64,000 nucleotides of DNA from Trichinella spiralis (taxonomy: Eukaryota): positions 3,402,014-3,466,013 of the forward strand of contig NW_003526948.1 of NCBI RefSeq assembly GCF_000181795.1, in the 5' to 3' direction. This document shows positions 30,885-43,469 of the stretch, piece by piece (position 1 is the stretch's first letter; the number at the start of each line of letters is the position of its first letter). The translations under genes were made by a program, and so were the position numbers. Under the pieces are notes generated by a model, which was given only the letters and a program-made list of their open reading frames with translations, made no database searches and had not been told where the DNA came from.

Positions 30885-31154
30885 CAGTGGTTCCCAAGGT
30901 TGGATGCATGGACCCCTGAGGGTTTCTCTCATTTTATTTAATTTCAATTGAAATTGCTAAGAACTGTCTGACATAACGCGCCATGTCGATGCTTCATTTA
31001 CACAGTTCATTCTATCCAATACAACAATTACTCTGATTCCAGGTCCCCTTACCGTACTCCCTCCTTTTCCCTGCACATCAAATGAACTGTAAGGGGTCTA
31101 CAGCAACATGAGGTTAGAGCGTGTCCATCGCCAGTTCAACTTTGGGAACTACCG
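30885..31154. mobile_element. hAT (Charlie/Buster-type) MITE, 270 bp
   Basis: Terminal inverted repeats CAGTGGTTCCCAA and TTGGGAACTACCG (11/13 match). Perfect 8-bp target-site duplication AATTATAG at 30877-30884 and 31155-31162. Confidence 0.88.
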
Positions 31155-31491
31155 AATTATAGTATCTTTTTAAAGTGTTTAACCAGTATATTTTTAGTGT
31201 TTACATCACATTCATATAACGTAGTTATTGTAATGTAAATGAAGCATTTTATCTTTCGATTTTCTGAAAATCTACAATCTTAAACAATATAAAAAAGCAA
31301 TGTGACAACGCGTAAACCAACATCTTGAATTTTTCAATCTGAATTGATAATAATTATGCATTACATTACTTTGATGCATTACAATATGACGACGAATGTA
31401 AAATATAGAGTACGCTTTTCCATAGATTTTGCATTTATTTCACATCAAGCTATGCATGTACAATATTATCATTGTAAGCTAAATCATTCGT

Positions 31492-34210
31492 TTATGATAT
31501 CCGGTGATCTGCAAGTAAACAACAGTTACGATAAAGCTAAATAATGAACATCGAATTATATACTTTGTTTCGGAATTTCTACCGCATCATGTTCACTTAT
31601 TATGCATTCGTGAAGTTGGTCGAAACATTTATATCGAATTTTCAACCATTTCTGTTCATAAGGAAATGGATCATAAAATCCATTCAGTGAGTTCTAAATT
31701 TCAGCAGCTTGAATTATTTAGGAAGCAGGCAACAAAATAACAGAAAATACCTTATCAACATCTTTTTGAATAATCAGCTTGGAATTTCTGACTAGCAATT
31801 GAAGCGGTACTGTAACATTGATGTCATTTGGCCTGCTAAAAATCCATGTCTGCATAACACATGCAAGAATTCAAAAAGAAAAAAGAATTTTACTTGCATC
31901 CGTAGGAGGCATCAATAATAACCAAACCGTTCTTTTGTTCTTCTGCAGCTGTCAGACGGACAGCTTCTTTTCTCATCAGTTGGATCTATTGATACTGCTG
32001 CTAAATGTTAAAAGAAATGCAAATTATTTTTCACTTACAAGCGCTTCGTGTTCCTCATGCTTTGCTTGATTTGCGCTGTCCTGAACGTCGTCATCGTATG
32101 AAGGTTTCATGAATTTGCTTGAGTTAATCAAAATTTCATTTACAACATGAAAACAAAATGAAAGCAATTTTCAATTTACTTCCATATTTTTTTGATGCAA
32201 GGCTTCAAGATGAATCGATGCAAAGAGTAACTGGCCAGTTGCAAAAGCAAAGCAATGCCCAAAGCCTCGGTTCCAAATTCGTCTTCAAAGAAAGTAAAAT
32301 TCACCTGATAGGTCTGGTTGGCTCGTTTCACCCTTAAAGTAATACAGAACCATCGTTGAAAACAAACCAACATAACTATTTATTATACTGATTGCTCTTT
32401 GTTTAGAATTATCTTTTTAATTCGACAAACGTACTTGATAGAAAAATAAGCACCAACTGGATAATGGAGTTGTACGACACTTTGGATGGAGGTGTTAGAA
32501 ACTGTATGCTGCTGGGTATGAGACCAAATCAACCCCATGGTTCCAAATCTACGAAAGTTCATCTGTCAGAAACTGATTACATAACATCACTTGAATGGAT
32601 ACTTCATTGTTGTTCCAACAATATTACTCTTGTCAGCAGAAGAAAAAACGCATGTTGCAGCTAACATCGATACCGGAACACCCACCTGAATAGATACAGA
32701 AAAAATATCATTTTAAAGTAAAGTAAAATAAATAAAATACCGTTGATGCAACAGCCATATTAAACTGCCCTACTGAATAATTCAACGTTGTCGTAACCGA
32801 GCACTGTGTACCAGCTTTAGCAGAAATAATTCCAGTGACATTTTCACTCAAGCTTTTGGCTACATCTAAAAATGATGAATATTCTATTATATAAATTGAT
32901 ATGGCATAAAAAAAGATTTAAAAATTAATAAATAATTATATATATGTATAAATTACCCATAAAAACACCGCCAAAATAATGAGAACCATTTTTTACAATA
33001 CCACATTCAATCCCAATTTCTCTATAAAATAAAACATAGCAAAGCATATTAAAATATTAACAAAGCAGGTATAGTCACAGTAAATTCAAAAATAAACGGG
33101 ACAACTTCATGCGGCAACTCATCTCATCAGCATATTCGACAATCATCTGAAATTTCAAATTGAATTCGTTTTAAAATCGTTTTGAAAGTAAACATACTTC
33201 CCAAGAAATGGTATCAAAAGTTCTACTGCGGAAACCACCGGAAAATTTTCCACTACCAACACCATTCATTGAATTCACCACAGCACTGGCAAAAAAGTTG
33301 GAATTTGTGGTCCAAGGGAACATCACTGATTGAGAACAGGAAATCCCTTTAACTTCAAATGTCGAGAGATTTCTAAATTGGACTTTTTAAAAAATAGTTT
33401 CTTCTGAAAATTATTTTATGCCAGTACAAATTTTTCATTGTTATATCACGATTGAATAACTGTGTAGCGTCAATGAAGAGATTGAAACTCCCTTTCGGTC
33501 TCGATAATTTATCCAAGATTTCAAGCTCATGCAAGCGAATGAGCCGTCGAGCTTCGGCACGCATTTCAGCCACCCCTTTCTGTCTGGGAATAATTTCCCA
33601 TCCTTCAATCTGTAGTCCTTTTTCACCAACGCTGTCATAAATCAATCGTTTTTCTGGATCACTTAAAACTGAAACATAATATACAAGTTATTATATGAAA
33701 AAACCAATTAATAACTGTTATTCAAATTCCTTCTTCCACCAAAGTTACATAATGCAATTAAATTTCAAGCATTCATCTTAATGGACTTTACATCAAAAAT
33801 CAGTAATATACCAGTGAAATAAATTTAAAATATATTATATTTTTAATAGAATTTAAATTATATCTGAAGGATCTGTTCAAAATATAAGTTTTGGAATTCG
33901 TTCATGTTGGATGACACAGGAAACTGTAGTTGTAACAATTCCGCGTTAGCGGTCACACTGGCCTTACCTTCGTAAATTCTTTGGTACTTCTCAAAGTAAA
34001 TACGGGCAGCCGATTTTTCTTCTATTGTTTTAAATCTGTCCGGGTGAGAAAACAGTGATAAACGACGAAATGCCCTAGTGATTTCCTCCTGGTTCGCCTA
34101 AGATTACATCAGACTAGACAGTACTGGGACATATTTGATTATTCTAAACGTACATTACGAGGTATGTTAAAAATTGCATAGTAATCTTCTTCATGCTGAA
34201 ATGATTCCAT
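31492..34210 (-). CDS. DNAJC11: DnaJ homolog subfamily C member 11, multi-exon
   Basis: MESFQHEEDYYAIFNIPRN|ANQEEITRAFRRLSLFSHPDR (J domain with HPD), KRLIYDSVGEKGLQIEGWEII, and C-terminal GLVIIDASYG, INVTVPLQLLV, GFYDPFPYEQKWLKIRY, IPKQNHRIS*. All exons splice in frame. Confidence 0.93.
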
Positions 34211-34560
34211 AATTTGTTGTAAAACGTCCTTTGCGAAGGATGCAAATTACTGTAAACACTCAAGTATCTTGCTACAGAATGACAATATTTTTTATTCAGG
34301 ATTAATTCAATATTCACTTCATCAAAAAAATTTATAATTATTTGAAATAGTTTATTGAAATACTGAAATATAATCACTATAAATATCCTTTTCTCATTGC
34401 TATTCTTAATGCTGCAATCTCTCTGCTGACAAAGAAAATCATTTCTTAATTTTAATAGTATTGACCATTCTAATAATGTGAGTTGTAAGTGAGTAATGTT
34501 ACTGTTGAATTTGTTATAGCTTTTCATAAACGTTGGCTTATCGTTTCTCTTTTTAACATA

Positions 34561-34662
34561 AATGATCAACAGCAACAAAAAAAACTTTATTTTTCAGTTT
34601 ATCTTTTTTTGTAATGATCAACAACAAAAAAAACTTTATTTTTGAATTTATTTTTCTTTGTA
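34561..34662. repeat. Two-copy tandem duplication of ~50 bp in the DNAJC11/GLG1 divergent intergenic region
   Basis: AATGATCAAC(AGC)AACAAAAAAAACTTTATTTTT...TTTGTA occurs at 34561 and again at 34613. Confidence 0.8.
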
Positions 34663-35345
34663 CTTTTACACTGATCAAATGCAAATGACTTGATTGCTTA
34701 ACGTAGGAAAATGCATAAGTGTAAAACCGCTGTAAAAATTTTGTTAGTTGTCGAGATGCATTTTTTAATCATCACAAGTGTTATTATTGAAGCTTGAAAT
34801 TTGTTTCCAATTTGATAATTTTTCCGCATTACTGTAGTGTTGTACTTTCTTCCAGATTACTGTATTTGTCAATGAGGTGTTCTTTTTTTTCCGAGTGTGA
34901 TTATTCTTCCGCAGCTTGTTTATTTTTGAATATTTGCAAATGATTTTAACGAACGTCGTGTAATAAATAAATGAGTTTTATATATTTTTATTACTATTAT
35001 TTTGGCTGTGTTTTCACGCTTCACAGTCAGAGTTTGCTCACTGTATTGCACTAGCAAGTAAATATTTTGTAATTTGTAGGCAGGAAATAAGTTTCGCAGT
35101 AATTAATGCCTTGTGTCATGTCGTTAGATTGATTGTTTTGTTTCCTTTTTGTTGATTCGTGGCGTTACTGGTGGTGACGTCTTGGTTTTCGTTTGTGCGG
35201 CGACGGATTGATTTGTGTTCTTGTTCATTCGACTTCAGTCGCCTTCTACTAGTAAGTAGCAGACGCTGCTTTGCAGTTTGAAAGTATTGTTAGTCTATCG
35301 TCACGGTTCAGTCAGTGTGTTAGTTTGGTTTGTAGTTCAAAGAAA

Positions 35346-38194
35346 ATGGCGATGAATTATTGCTGTATTATATGCTGGGGTTTTGTTCTTTGTGCATTGG
35401 TTTCTGAGGCATTTGAAGACGCTCAGTCGCATGTGAAGCCGCCGGGCATGCGTCCAGCTCCAAAACTAACATACGATTTCAGCGCTTGTTCGTTGGATAT
35501 AAGCCGTCATTGTGTTCCCGTTGTTCAAGTGACCGATTTGACACTGCTTCAGTGTCTAATCGATGCCGGTCTTCAAGATAATTCTTTATCACCCGGATGT
35601 CAACAGGTTTTATTTTTTGCTTTGAATATTCTGTTTTTTGCCAATATAGATGTACATTTTTGCTGTTTGCTTTTTGTTTGTATGTTTTCATTGTAGACCC
35701 TGTGGAACATTAAACTGAATTTGACGCTCGATGCCCAATTTCTTAGCATTGCGTTAAAATATTGTCAAAATGAGTTCAACCAAGTAGTCTAATTCTTTGC
35801 AGACGGTGTTTGTCTTCTCCGCGTAACTGATGCTTTTCAGTTTCCAGAATGTCGAGCAGTGTCACCGGTAGATCAGCAGCAGAACCGAGCGCACATTTTA
35901 TCTTGCATGGCCGAACGAAAGGAAAATATGAGCGCTGGGCAATGCCGAGATTTTTTGACTCAAATCGAGATGTTCGTCTTCACAGATTTTCGTTTAATTG
36001 GCCGCTTTGTTACCGCTTGCAAAGATGACGTGGTGAAGTTGAACTGTGGCCAGTTATCGTTGTCGTCAGATGTTAGGGTGAGTTGTTGTTCTAGGGTTTT
36101 TTGGATTGCTTAGGAAATGAAAGATGGAAAAATTATTATTATTGTTGTTATTGTTATTTTTAACTTATTTGCATAATTTGAGATGATTTGGTAATATAGA
36201 AATATGAAACATTTTTCATACACCGCTTTGGTTTCGTTTTGAATCGGGCTGAAATGGGGCTGTTAACAATTTACCATTTGCTGCGGATAAGCGGTGCCGA
36301 AGCAGGAAAGCATTTTAGCATTTATTGTTGAACGATATAAATACTGATTATATTCTATAAAGTAAACCATACAAATTAAAGCAAGCTGAACAACATAATG
36401 AGAAGTCACTTGACTAGTGTGCGTATTTGCTGAAGGCGCGTTTAGTTGTGAAGGTATGCAGTAATTTGTTAGTCAGGATTTTGGTTTTGCTTTATGGATG
36501 AAATAAGCAAAAAAAAGATTGCTCATCGCGAGCTAGTGCCATTGTAAAAATTTCGGATAGAAAATTTTAAATGGCAAAAAAGCGTATTATTAATTTTACT
36601 TCAATAAATGTATTCGGTGGATGTGCAAGTTCAAAATATGTGCATTTTCATGATGAAGTTTTTTTCTTTTTAAGGGTGAAATGCATTCTCAAGGTGCAAC
36701 GTTGGATTGTCTGATGCGCAAATTAGTCGAACATCCGGATCAAGAGTTGATCAGTCGCCAGTGTCGTCATGAGATTACTCGTATTGCTGAACTGCAGTCG
36801 GACGATTTCCATTTGGACAGAACGCTATTTTTCGCTTGCCGGGATGATCGGGAGCGTTTTTGTCGGGACGTGTGGTCCGGCGATGGACGAGTGCTACAAT
36901 GCTTGATCAACCATCGGACGGATCGTGGCATGAGCAGCGATGTATCTTATTTATTTATTTATTTGTTTGTTTATTTATTTGTTTTCATTGATTTGTGATT
37001 TGTATGTATCAGTGCGCATCGGCGTTACTACTTCGTGAACAGATGATAGCGTCCGATTACCACATTTCACATCCTTTGGTGCGTGCGTGTCAAAAGGAAG
37101 TTGAAAAGTATAAATGTGCACCGCAAGGTCATAGTTCAGATTCGGTGTACTATTTGCTGTCATATGTCTTATTATGCTTAGAAAATGTTCTTCATTTGGG
37201 TACGTTGATAACAACTGCTGCTCTGATGAATAATAATAGCAGTTTTTTTTATTTTAATACTTTTAATTGTAGCTGTAATTGTTCTCTTTTCTCTAGGCAT
37301 TGCTGTGGACCGTGATTGCCAAGCTCAGATTGTGGAGCATCGACGTATGTTGATGTCGGATTACCGTTTGGCGCCGGAATTGATTATCACCTGCGCTCGA
37401 GATTTGGAAACCTACTGCAAAAAAGAAGCTGCGGACGGTAGCAAAGCCTTGCATTGTTTGATGAAAGCTAGCCAAATGCATCCAAACGAAATGAATCCCT
37501 CATGCATACAGGCTGTAAATTTTAAAAATGAATTTTTTTCTTTTGTATATGTGTTTTTCTTGATTTGCTCAGATAGTTGGTGTTCTGAAAGTTGCCGACG
37601 TTTCCACTAATTACAAAGTCGACGCAGTGCTTTACAACGATTGTAAGTCCATCATTGAAAATGAATGCCAGTCAGATGTATCTAACGAAGCAGAGTATGA
37701 AATTTTGATTCAAAAAGCATTTTGTTTAAAATTATGATTTTCCTTTCAGAATGCTTTCATGCTTGATGAATCATCTTGATTCTCCTGATTTATCCGAAGA
37801 ATGTGAAAATCGAATATTAGAAATACAATATTTTTTGTCAAGGGATTTTACGTAAGTATATTGGGATTGAGTGAATTTTTTATACTTTGATTTTGAATTA
37901 AAAAGGTGAAGTAATTTTTCCAATAAATATTGTAACCAAGGATGAAGATATTTGGTAAAGTTCAAGTATTGCCAATGTACATTTATTTGTAATTAGATCT
38001 ACAATTATTGTGTGTAAATTTAGCTTGGATGGTCAGTTGTACGATGCTTGTCATAAGGATGCTGTGGAAAAGTGTCACGCCCGAAAGAACTGGCATGAAA
38101 CAGGTGTTGGTTCGAAAGGTGTAATGGGCCCGGAACCTGGTTATTTTGTTCTGACTTGTCTCTACCGACACGCATATGACGAGGACGACGTGAA

Positions 38195-38233
<39 letters not shown>

Positions 38234-41200
38234 CTTTTGAACTGGACTGAAGAATGTGAACAATAAATTTAATTTTAGTTGTCTGCGTCGTGTTTGAAAG
38301 AAGTGCGTCGAGTTATGCGAGAAAGATCGGTTAGTGTTCGTCTGATGCCAGAAATTGCGGATGCTTGTTTCAACGATTTGGCGGAAAAATGTTCCAGGAA
38401 AACTGGCGTCGGTGAGGTAAATTTGTTGACTGTGATTCTACAGAATAAATTTGCAGATTTTCAAATGGTGCTTCATGTTTTTGTTGTTATCTTGCTTTTC
38501 TTTCTTTTTGAGGAACTGATGTGCTTGCAAGAAATGTTTGTAAAGCTCGAGCCGAATTGCCAAGACGCGGTGAGAAAGTATACGATGATGCAGTCGAGAG
38601 ATTTTCGTCTCAATCAGGCACTTAGCAAGGCTTGTCGGCAAGTCATCAAAATTTATTGTCTGGTAAACCAACAACGCATATATCTGAATTCAAAAAATAT
38701 ATAAATTGTTTGTTGGTATTATTGAAGAAGAAAAAGCGTATTTTTGTTTTCTAGGAATTTGCCCACGAAGAAATAGACAACGGCGATATGATGGATTGTC
38801 TCTTAGAACATAAAGGGGTTCCAGAGATGAATCATAAATGTCGAGCTTATGTATCTCACACAGAATTGGTAATATTGAATTCGAATTGCACTTTTAATTT
38901 AATATTTTATTTTCTATATTGTATGTTAGTTAGTTAATTGTTTACCTTATAACGTTTTCAGTTGTTTGTTGCATGGATTATGGGTTAATTTAGAGCAGGG
39001 ATAGGCAAACGTTTTATACCATCGACCCCTTATGGACTGACGGACTCCTTGATGCCTCCTCGACCTCGAAGTTTGTAAAATGGATATCATTAATAATAAT
39101 TACCGGGTATCCTTTACCCTTTTCACCCTTACTGATTCTCGATCAGATTCATTCACCTTTACGTTTAATCATCCTTTCTTCACTTTGTATATCTGTTCCT
39201 ATAATGTCGGTATTCATGTGAATAATAATGTTAGAACCTTCAGGATGAAGTTAAAGGTCGTTGATAATTATTTGTTTAGCCATTATGATATTTTTTATTT
39301 AATCGTTGGCTTCGTTAATGAGAAGGATGTGTTTGATGAGTAGCAGCAGGGCATTGATATTTGGCTGGAGATTGGTGAGTTTTAGGCGTAAACCACGCAT
39401 TTCCAGGTTCAGTCTGTTCCTCTGATAAGTTCCTTTTTTGTAGTGTCCATTGATAGTTCAGAGAATTATAAATTACTGTTACAAATTGGTTCTCTACGAA
39501 ATAAATTCCTCAAATGGGATTTCAAAGTTCATATTCGATCCCGGAGTTCATCGACCCCCATTCGACTCATAAGCTTTTATCGACCCCAAAGGGTCGATAT
39601 CGACCATTTTGGCTACCCCTGATTTATAATAAATGAACAGTTTTATTTCGGTTGTAGTTGTGAATTATTTTTGTTTCAGATATCCATGAAAGATTATCGT
39701 TTTACATTCAAATTTCGACAAGCATGCCGTTCTGATGTAGAACAGTATTGCACATCTAAAGCAGACAATGCTGACAAGTACAGCAGGTAAATTTGGATCG
39801 TTTTCAATTCCAGCTGTTTTATTCAGTTTATGTTCATATTATTTAGAAGCAATGTAGTGCATTGTTTGAGCGAAATTCTTATTGTTCGAATAATGCTCGG
39901 CGAAGGGCCAGAGTTGAAGAAAGAATGCCGTAAACAACTGCGGGCGGAATACTTAAAATTGGATAATGTAAGTTGTTGTTGAATTTGTTAAAAATTTGCA
40001 TTTAAACACCTCGCGGTCAAATCTCACTTTGCACAGTGTAATGCTTCAGTTTAGGCATGTAGCAATTCTGTTTTCACTTGTACTGTGCATGGGCTTATTT
40101 TATTTTACCAGTATCATATGTTATCTCCGCTGGTCAGATTGAAGCAGTCGCATATTTGCGAAATATGTTTTATTTTATTGCTTTTTTTCTGAAGTGAAAT
40201 TTTATATTTGGAAAATGTAGTTTATTTATTTATTTGAAAAAAATGTTGAGAAAATGACGAAAAGTTTCGTGGATATGCAGAGGAAAATTAAAATGCTGAA
40301 CGGGAGGGAGTGTGAAAAGTAGTGACGTGTTGTGGCTTGCAGTTTTGGTTTTGTCAATCTTAGGCTGAACGAATTATTGATCCCGAATTGTTGGATGTCT
40401 GTGAGGCGGATATCAGTAAAAACGGTTGTCAAGCGTACGAAACTACAATGCTGGTGACGGAATGCTTAAAAGAGCACAAGTTAGATCTTGAGCCAGCTTG
40501 TCGAAAGTATATATTTCGTAAAGAGGTATGTATTTCGGTTGGATTTGGATTTTTTTCTTTTTCATTTTGCATTTTATCAATTTGATTTGGAAAATTGAAT
40601 TTTCGCAGAAGCTCGAGTTCAACGACAATACGTTTGACGGCATGCTTCAACGGGTGTGCGCGAGTGAAATACGCAAATTGTGCTCGACTGTTGGTCACGA
40701 GAACGTGCTCCACTGTCTCGAAGGGCACAAAGATGATCTGACCATGTCTGATGATTGTGCAGAATTGGTCAACAAGCGTCAACACGAACAAGCTTCCGGT
40801 ATTTTAGCTGTATTCATCATTTGTTGTTCTGTAGTTGTTTGCAAATTTTGCTGTCATCTTGCTACGGTTTTTTATTCAGATATTCGATTGATGCCAGTTT
40901 TGTATTCGTCTTGTTCAAAAGAGATCAGAGAACTTTGCAAAAATGAATATACGCTGTTGAAATCTTTCCCCGACGAAGATATACAAGGAAAAGTGATCGG
41001 CTGTCTGCGCCAATGGCTCACAGAAAATAATTCAAAGGTGAAAAAAAATTTTTTTTGAACAGTTTATTTTATGGTGAAATAAAGTCGAATGAAAAAGAAC
41101 AACATCTGTTGCAGTGGACAAAGTTGCTGATTGCAATTCTTTTATTAGATGTCGGACAAATGCCGTATAGAGTTGAAGCATGTAATCTACAATACCGAGA

Positions 41201-41990
41201 TTGACCCGACGCTGGACATCCCGTTTTATACGGCGTGCAAAAGTGAATTGGATCGCCTCTGCGCCGACGGTTACGCGACCGGCGTTGGTGGCCATCGAGG
41301 AATTCTGGAATGCATCAAAGCTCGTTATGCGGAGGGTACTGTAAAAGATGAAACTTGCAAGCAGGTGAAAACGTTTGTTACTTTCAAATGCATATTTTCC
41401 ACGCTCTTCCAGGCCGCTAGATGTGTCGTTTTAGCAAATTTTGCGTGTAATGAAAGAAGAACTTGCAGACATTCATTTGGACGTGAATCTGTATCAAGCT
41501 TGTGCAATGGACGTCAGACATTACTGTGATGATGTCCAATCCGGTGATAGTAAAAGTAAGCCAGCAGTTGTTTATTTTTTGTTATAGTTTTCATTTTATT
41601 CAAATCTGCACATTTGCTGGTATCGTTTCAGTATTGTCCTGCTTGCTTTCGGCTGCGCAAAGTTCCAACGCTAGGCTGAGTGATGAGTGCCGGTCGAAGT
41701 TACAAGATCGGCAGCTGATTTGGGCTAAAGCGATTAAAGTTTGTTGTTTGGTTTTCATTTTTCAGTTTTGTAAAATTTAATTTTTTTTCCCAAAAAAACA
41801 TTTCCAACAGGAACGCAGAGACGTCAGGCCACCGGAAACTGTGGTTGAATTTGCCCACTTTGTCGCAGGATCACCGGCCCGCAGTTCGTTGCTTATAGCT
41901 TTGATGATGTGCTTGTTAATTTTCTTCGCATGCGGCATGCTGTGCGGTCGAATAACCAGACGCATACGGCGAGATTTGAAGAATCGTTGA
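35346..41990 (+). CDS. GLG1: Golgi apparatus protein 1 (cysteine-rich FGF receptor/ESL-1), multi-exon
   Basis: Signal peptide, many Cys-rich GLG1 repeats (e.g. IAELQSDDFHLDRTLFFACRDDRERFC, LMSDYRLAPELIITC), one TM segment and the conserved cytoplasmic tail CGRITRRIRRDLKNR*. Confidence 0.96.
38996..39621 (-). mobile_element. Internally deleted hAT (Charlie/Buster) DNA transposon inside a GLG1 intron
   Basis: TIRs CAGGGATAGGCAAA and TTTGGCTACCCCTG, imperfect 8-bp TSD ATTTAGAG/ATTTATAA, and subterminal TCGACCCC repeats at both ends. The minus strand at ~39315-39424 reads QRNRLNLEMRGLRLKLTNLQPNINA-(frameshift)-AATHQTHPSH*, typical of a Buster transposase C-terminus. Confidence 0.85.
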
Positions 41991-43469
41991 AAATAGCTGT
42001 TCAGTTTTCATTTTTCAGGCACTTTGATTATTGGAAAAGCACTTCGGCTTATGAGCGTTGGGTCTGATTTCATTTCATGAACCTTCTTTCCACTGCATTT
42101 TTTCTGTCATACATTGATTTGCTTTTTTATCTGCGATTGTATAAACATTCATTTTTTAATATTGTTATAATTATGAAATGGCAACGGCACAGTTTCACTT
42201 GTTAGGAAATTATGTGTTTTCTAAGAGGAATATTGTAATTATCTTATTCTTATTAGTAAATTATCATAAATGTGCAGCAGTACAATATTACCATCAGCAA
42301 CGCATCCAACAACAGAAGCATACACGCTGAATTTTAGACTTGAACAAACTTAACCCGGCGGTTCCCGGCTGTCTACTTCTCGAGATACTTTGAAAAAACT
42401 GAGAAGCTGACCTGTATATTGAGATAGGCAATATGGCAAATTTAGAAGCCATTTATTACACAACTATTTAAAATTTTCCGATCGACCTTTCCATAACATT
42501 ATCGTTATTCATTGTGAATATCTGACTGTCAAAAAAGTGGAAATTTCGAAAAAAGGTTTTCGCCGTTTTTCAAAAAAAATCAAGTTACAGCCCATGAAAT
42601 TTGCAATTTTCCAGAAAAACATTCGAATCCAAAAATGGACTTCATGCGCATCAATCGATCAGAAATGAACAGAGGAGTACAACAAACATATCCCCGCCGT
42701 TCCTAGTTGCATAGTTCTCAAGATACCCTAAATCAAGTGGCTCACATACCTATGCATTGACATAGGCAAAGTGCCAAATTTAGAAGCCCATTATTCCAAA
42801 ACAACTGGACGGATTTCGCCCAAACCCTGCATTTCTTTTTGCTGAGCAATGAAAAATATACAGTAGCCATATTTATCAGAAGAAATGAATAAAATAAAAA
42901 TTTGCATGCGAGGTCGTTTGCTTTATTGACATAATGGAAATCATTTCAGTTTGAGGCCGTCCGTGGATGGTAGGTAGCTCAGCGTTTTTATTGCAAAAAT
43001 GACTGATGACAAACATTGAAGCAAAACACCATTTTTGCTTTTTATTCATTATTATTTTTTGGAATAATATGTGAAAAATAATTTTTTAATCAACAAGGAA
43101 ACAGCATGAACATCAAAAATGAGTAGACGGCGCATTTAGCAGTAAGTGGCAGTTTTTTCATTTTTAAGTCTTAATTAGTTAACAATATAATTGAGAATCG
43201 ATATTGAGCGTAATTTCTCAACATACTGTATGAATAATTCTCAAAATCAGATAATGGGTGACATAATAAACGCCAAATTTCCGTACAATTCAGTTTCATT
43301 AAATACACCCTGTACGCATTGTTCATCTATTATTAAAATATGGTCTTTCGAAAATCACCTATGCAGTAGCTATCATGTACTTTCAATTGACCATAAGCAA
43401 GCTTTTGCCCGAAAATTGTTCACTTAAATTTAGCTTCATTTGAGCTAGTTGGTTTTCCGACTTAAGAAA

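Noticed and set aside
39105..39116. GTATCCTTT, resembling a U12-type 5' splice site (similar strings near 23700, 34383 and 53336)
   Set aside because: None lies at an exon boundary on the coding strand, and this one is inside the hAT element. I found no minor-spliceosome intron among the junctions I traced.
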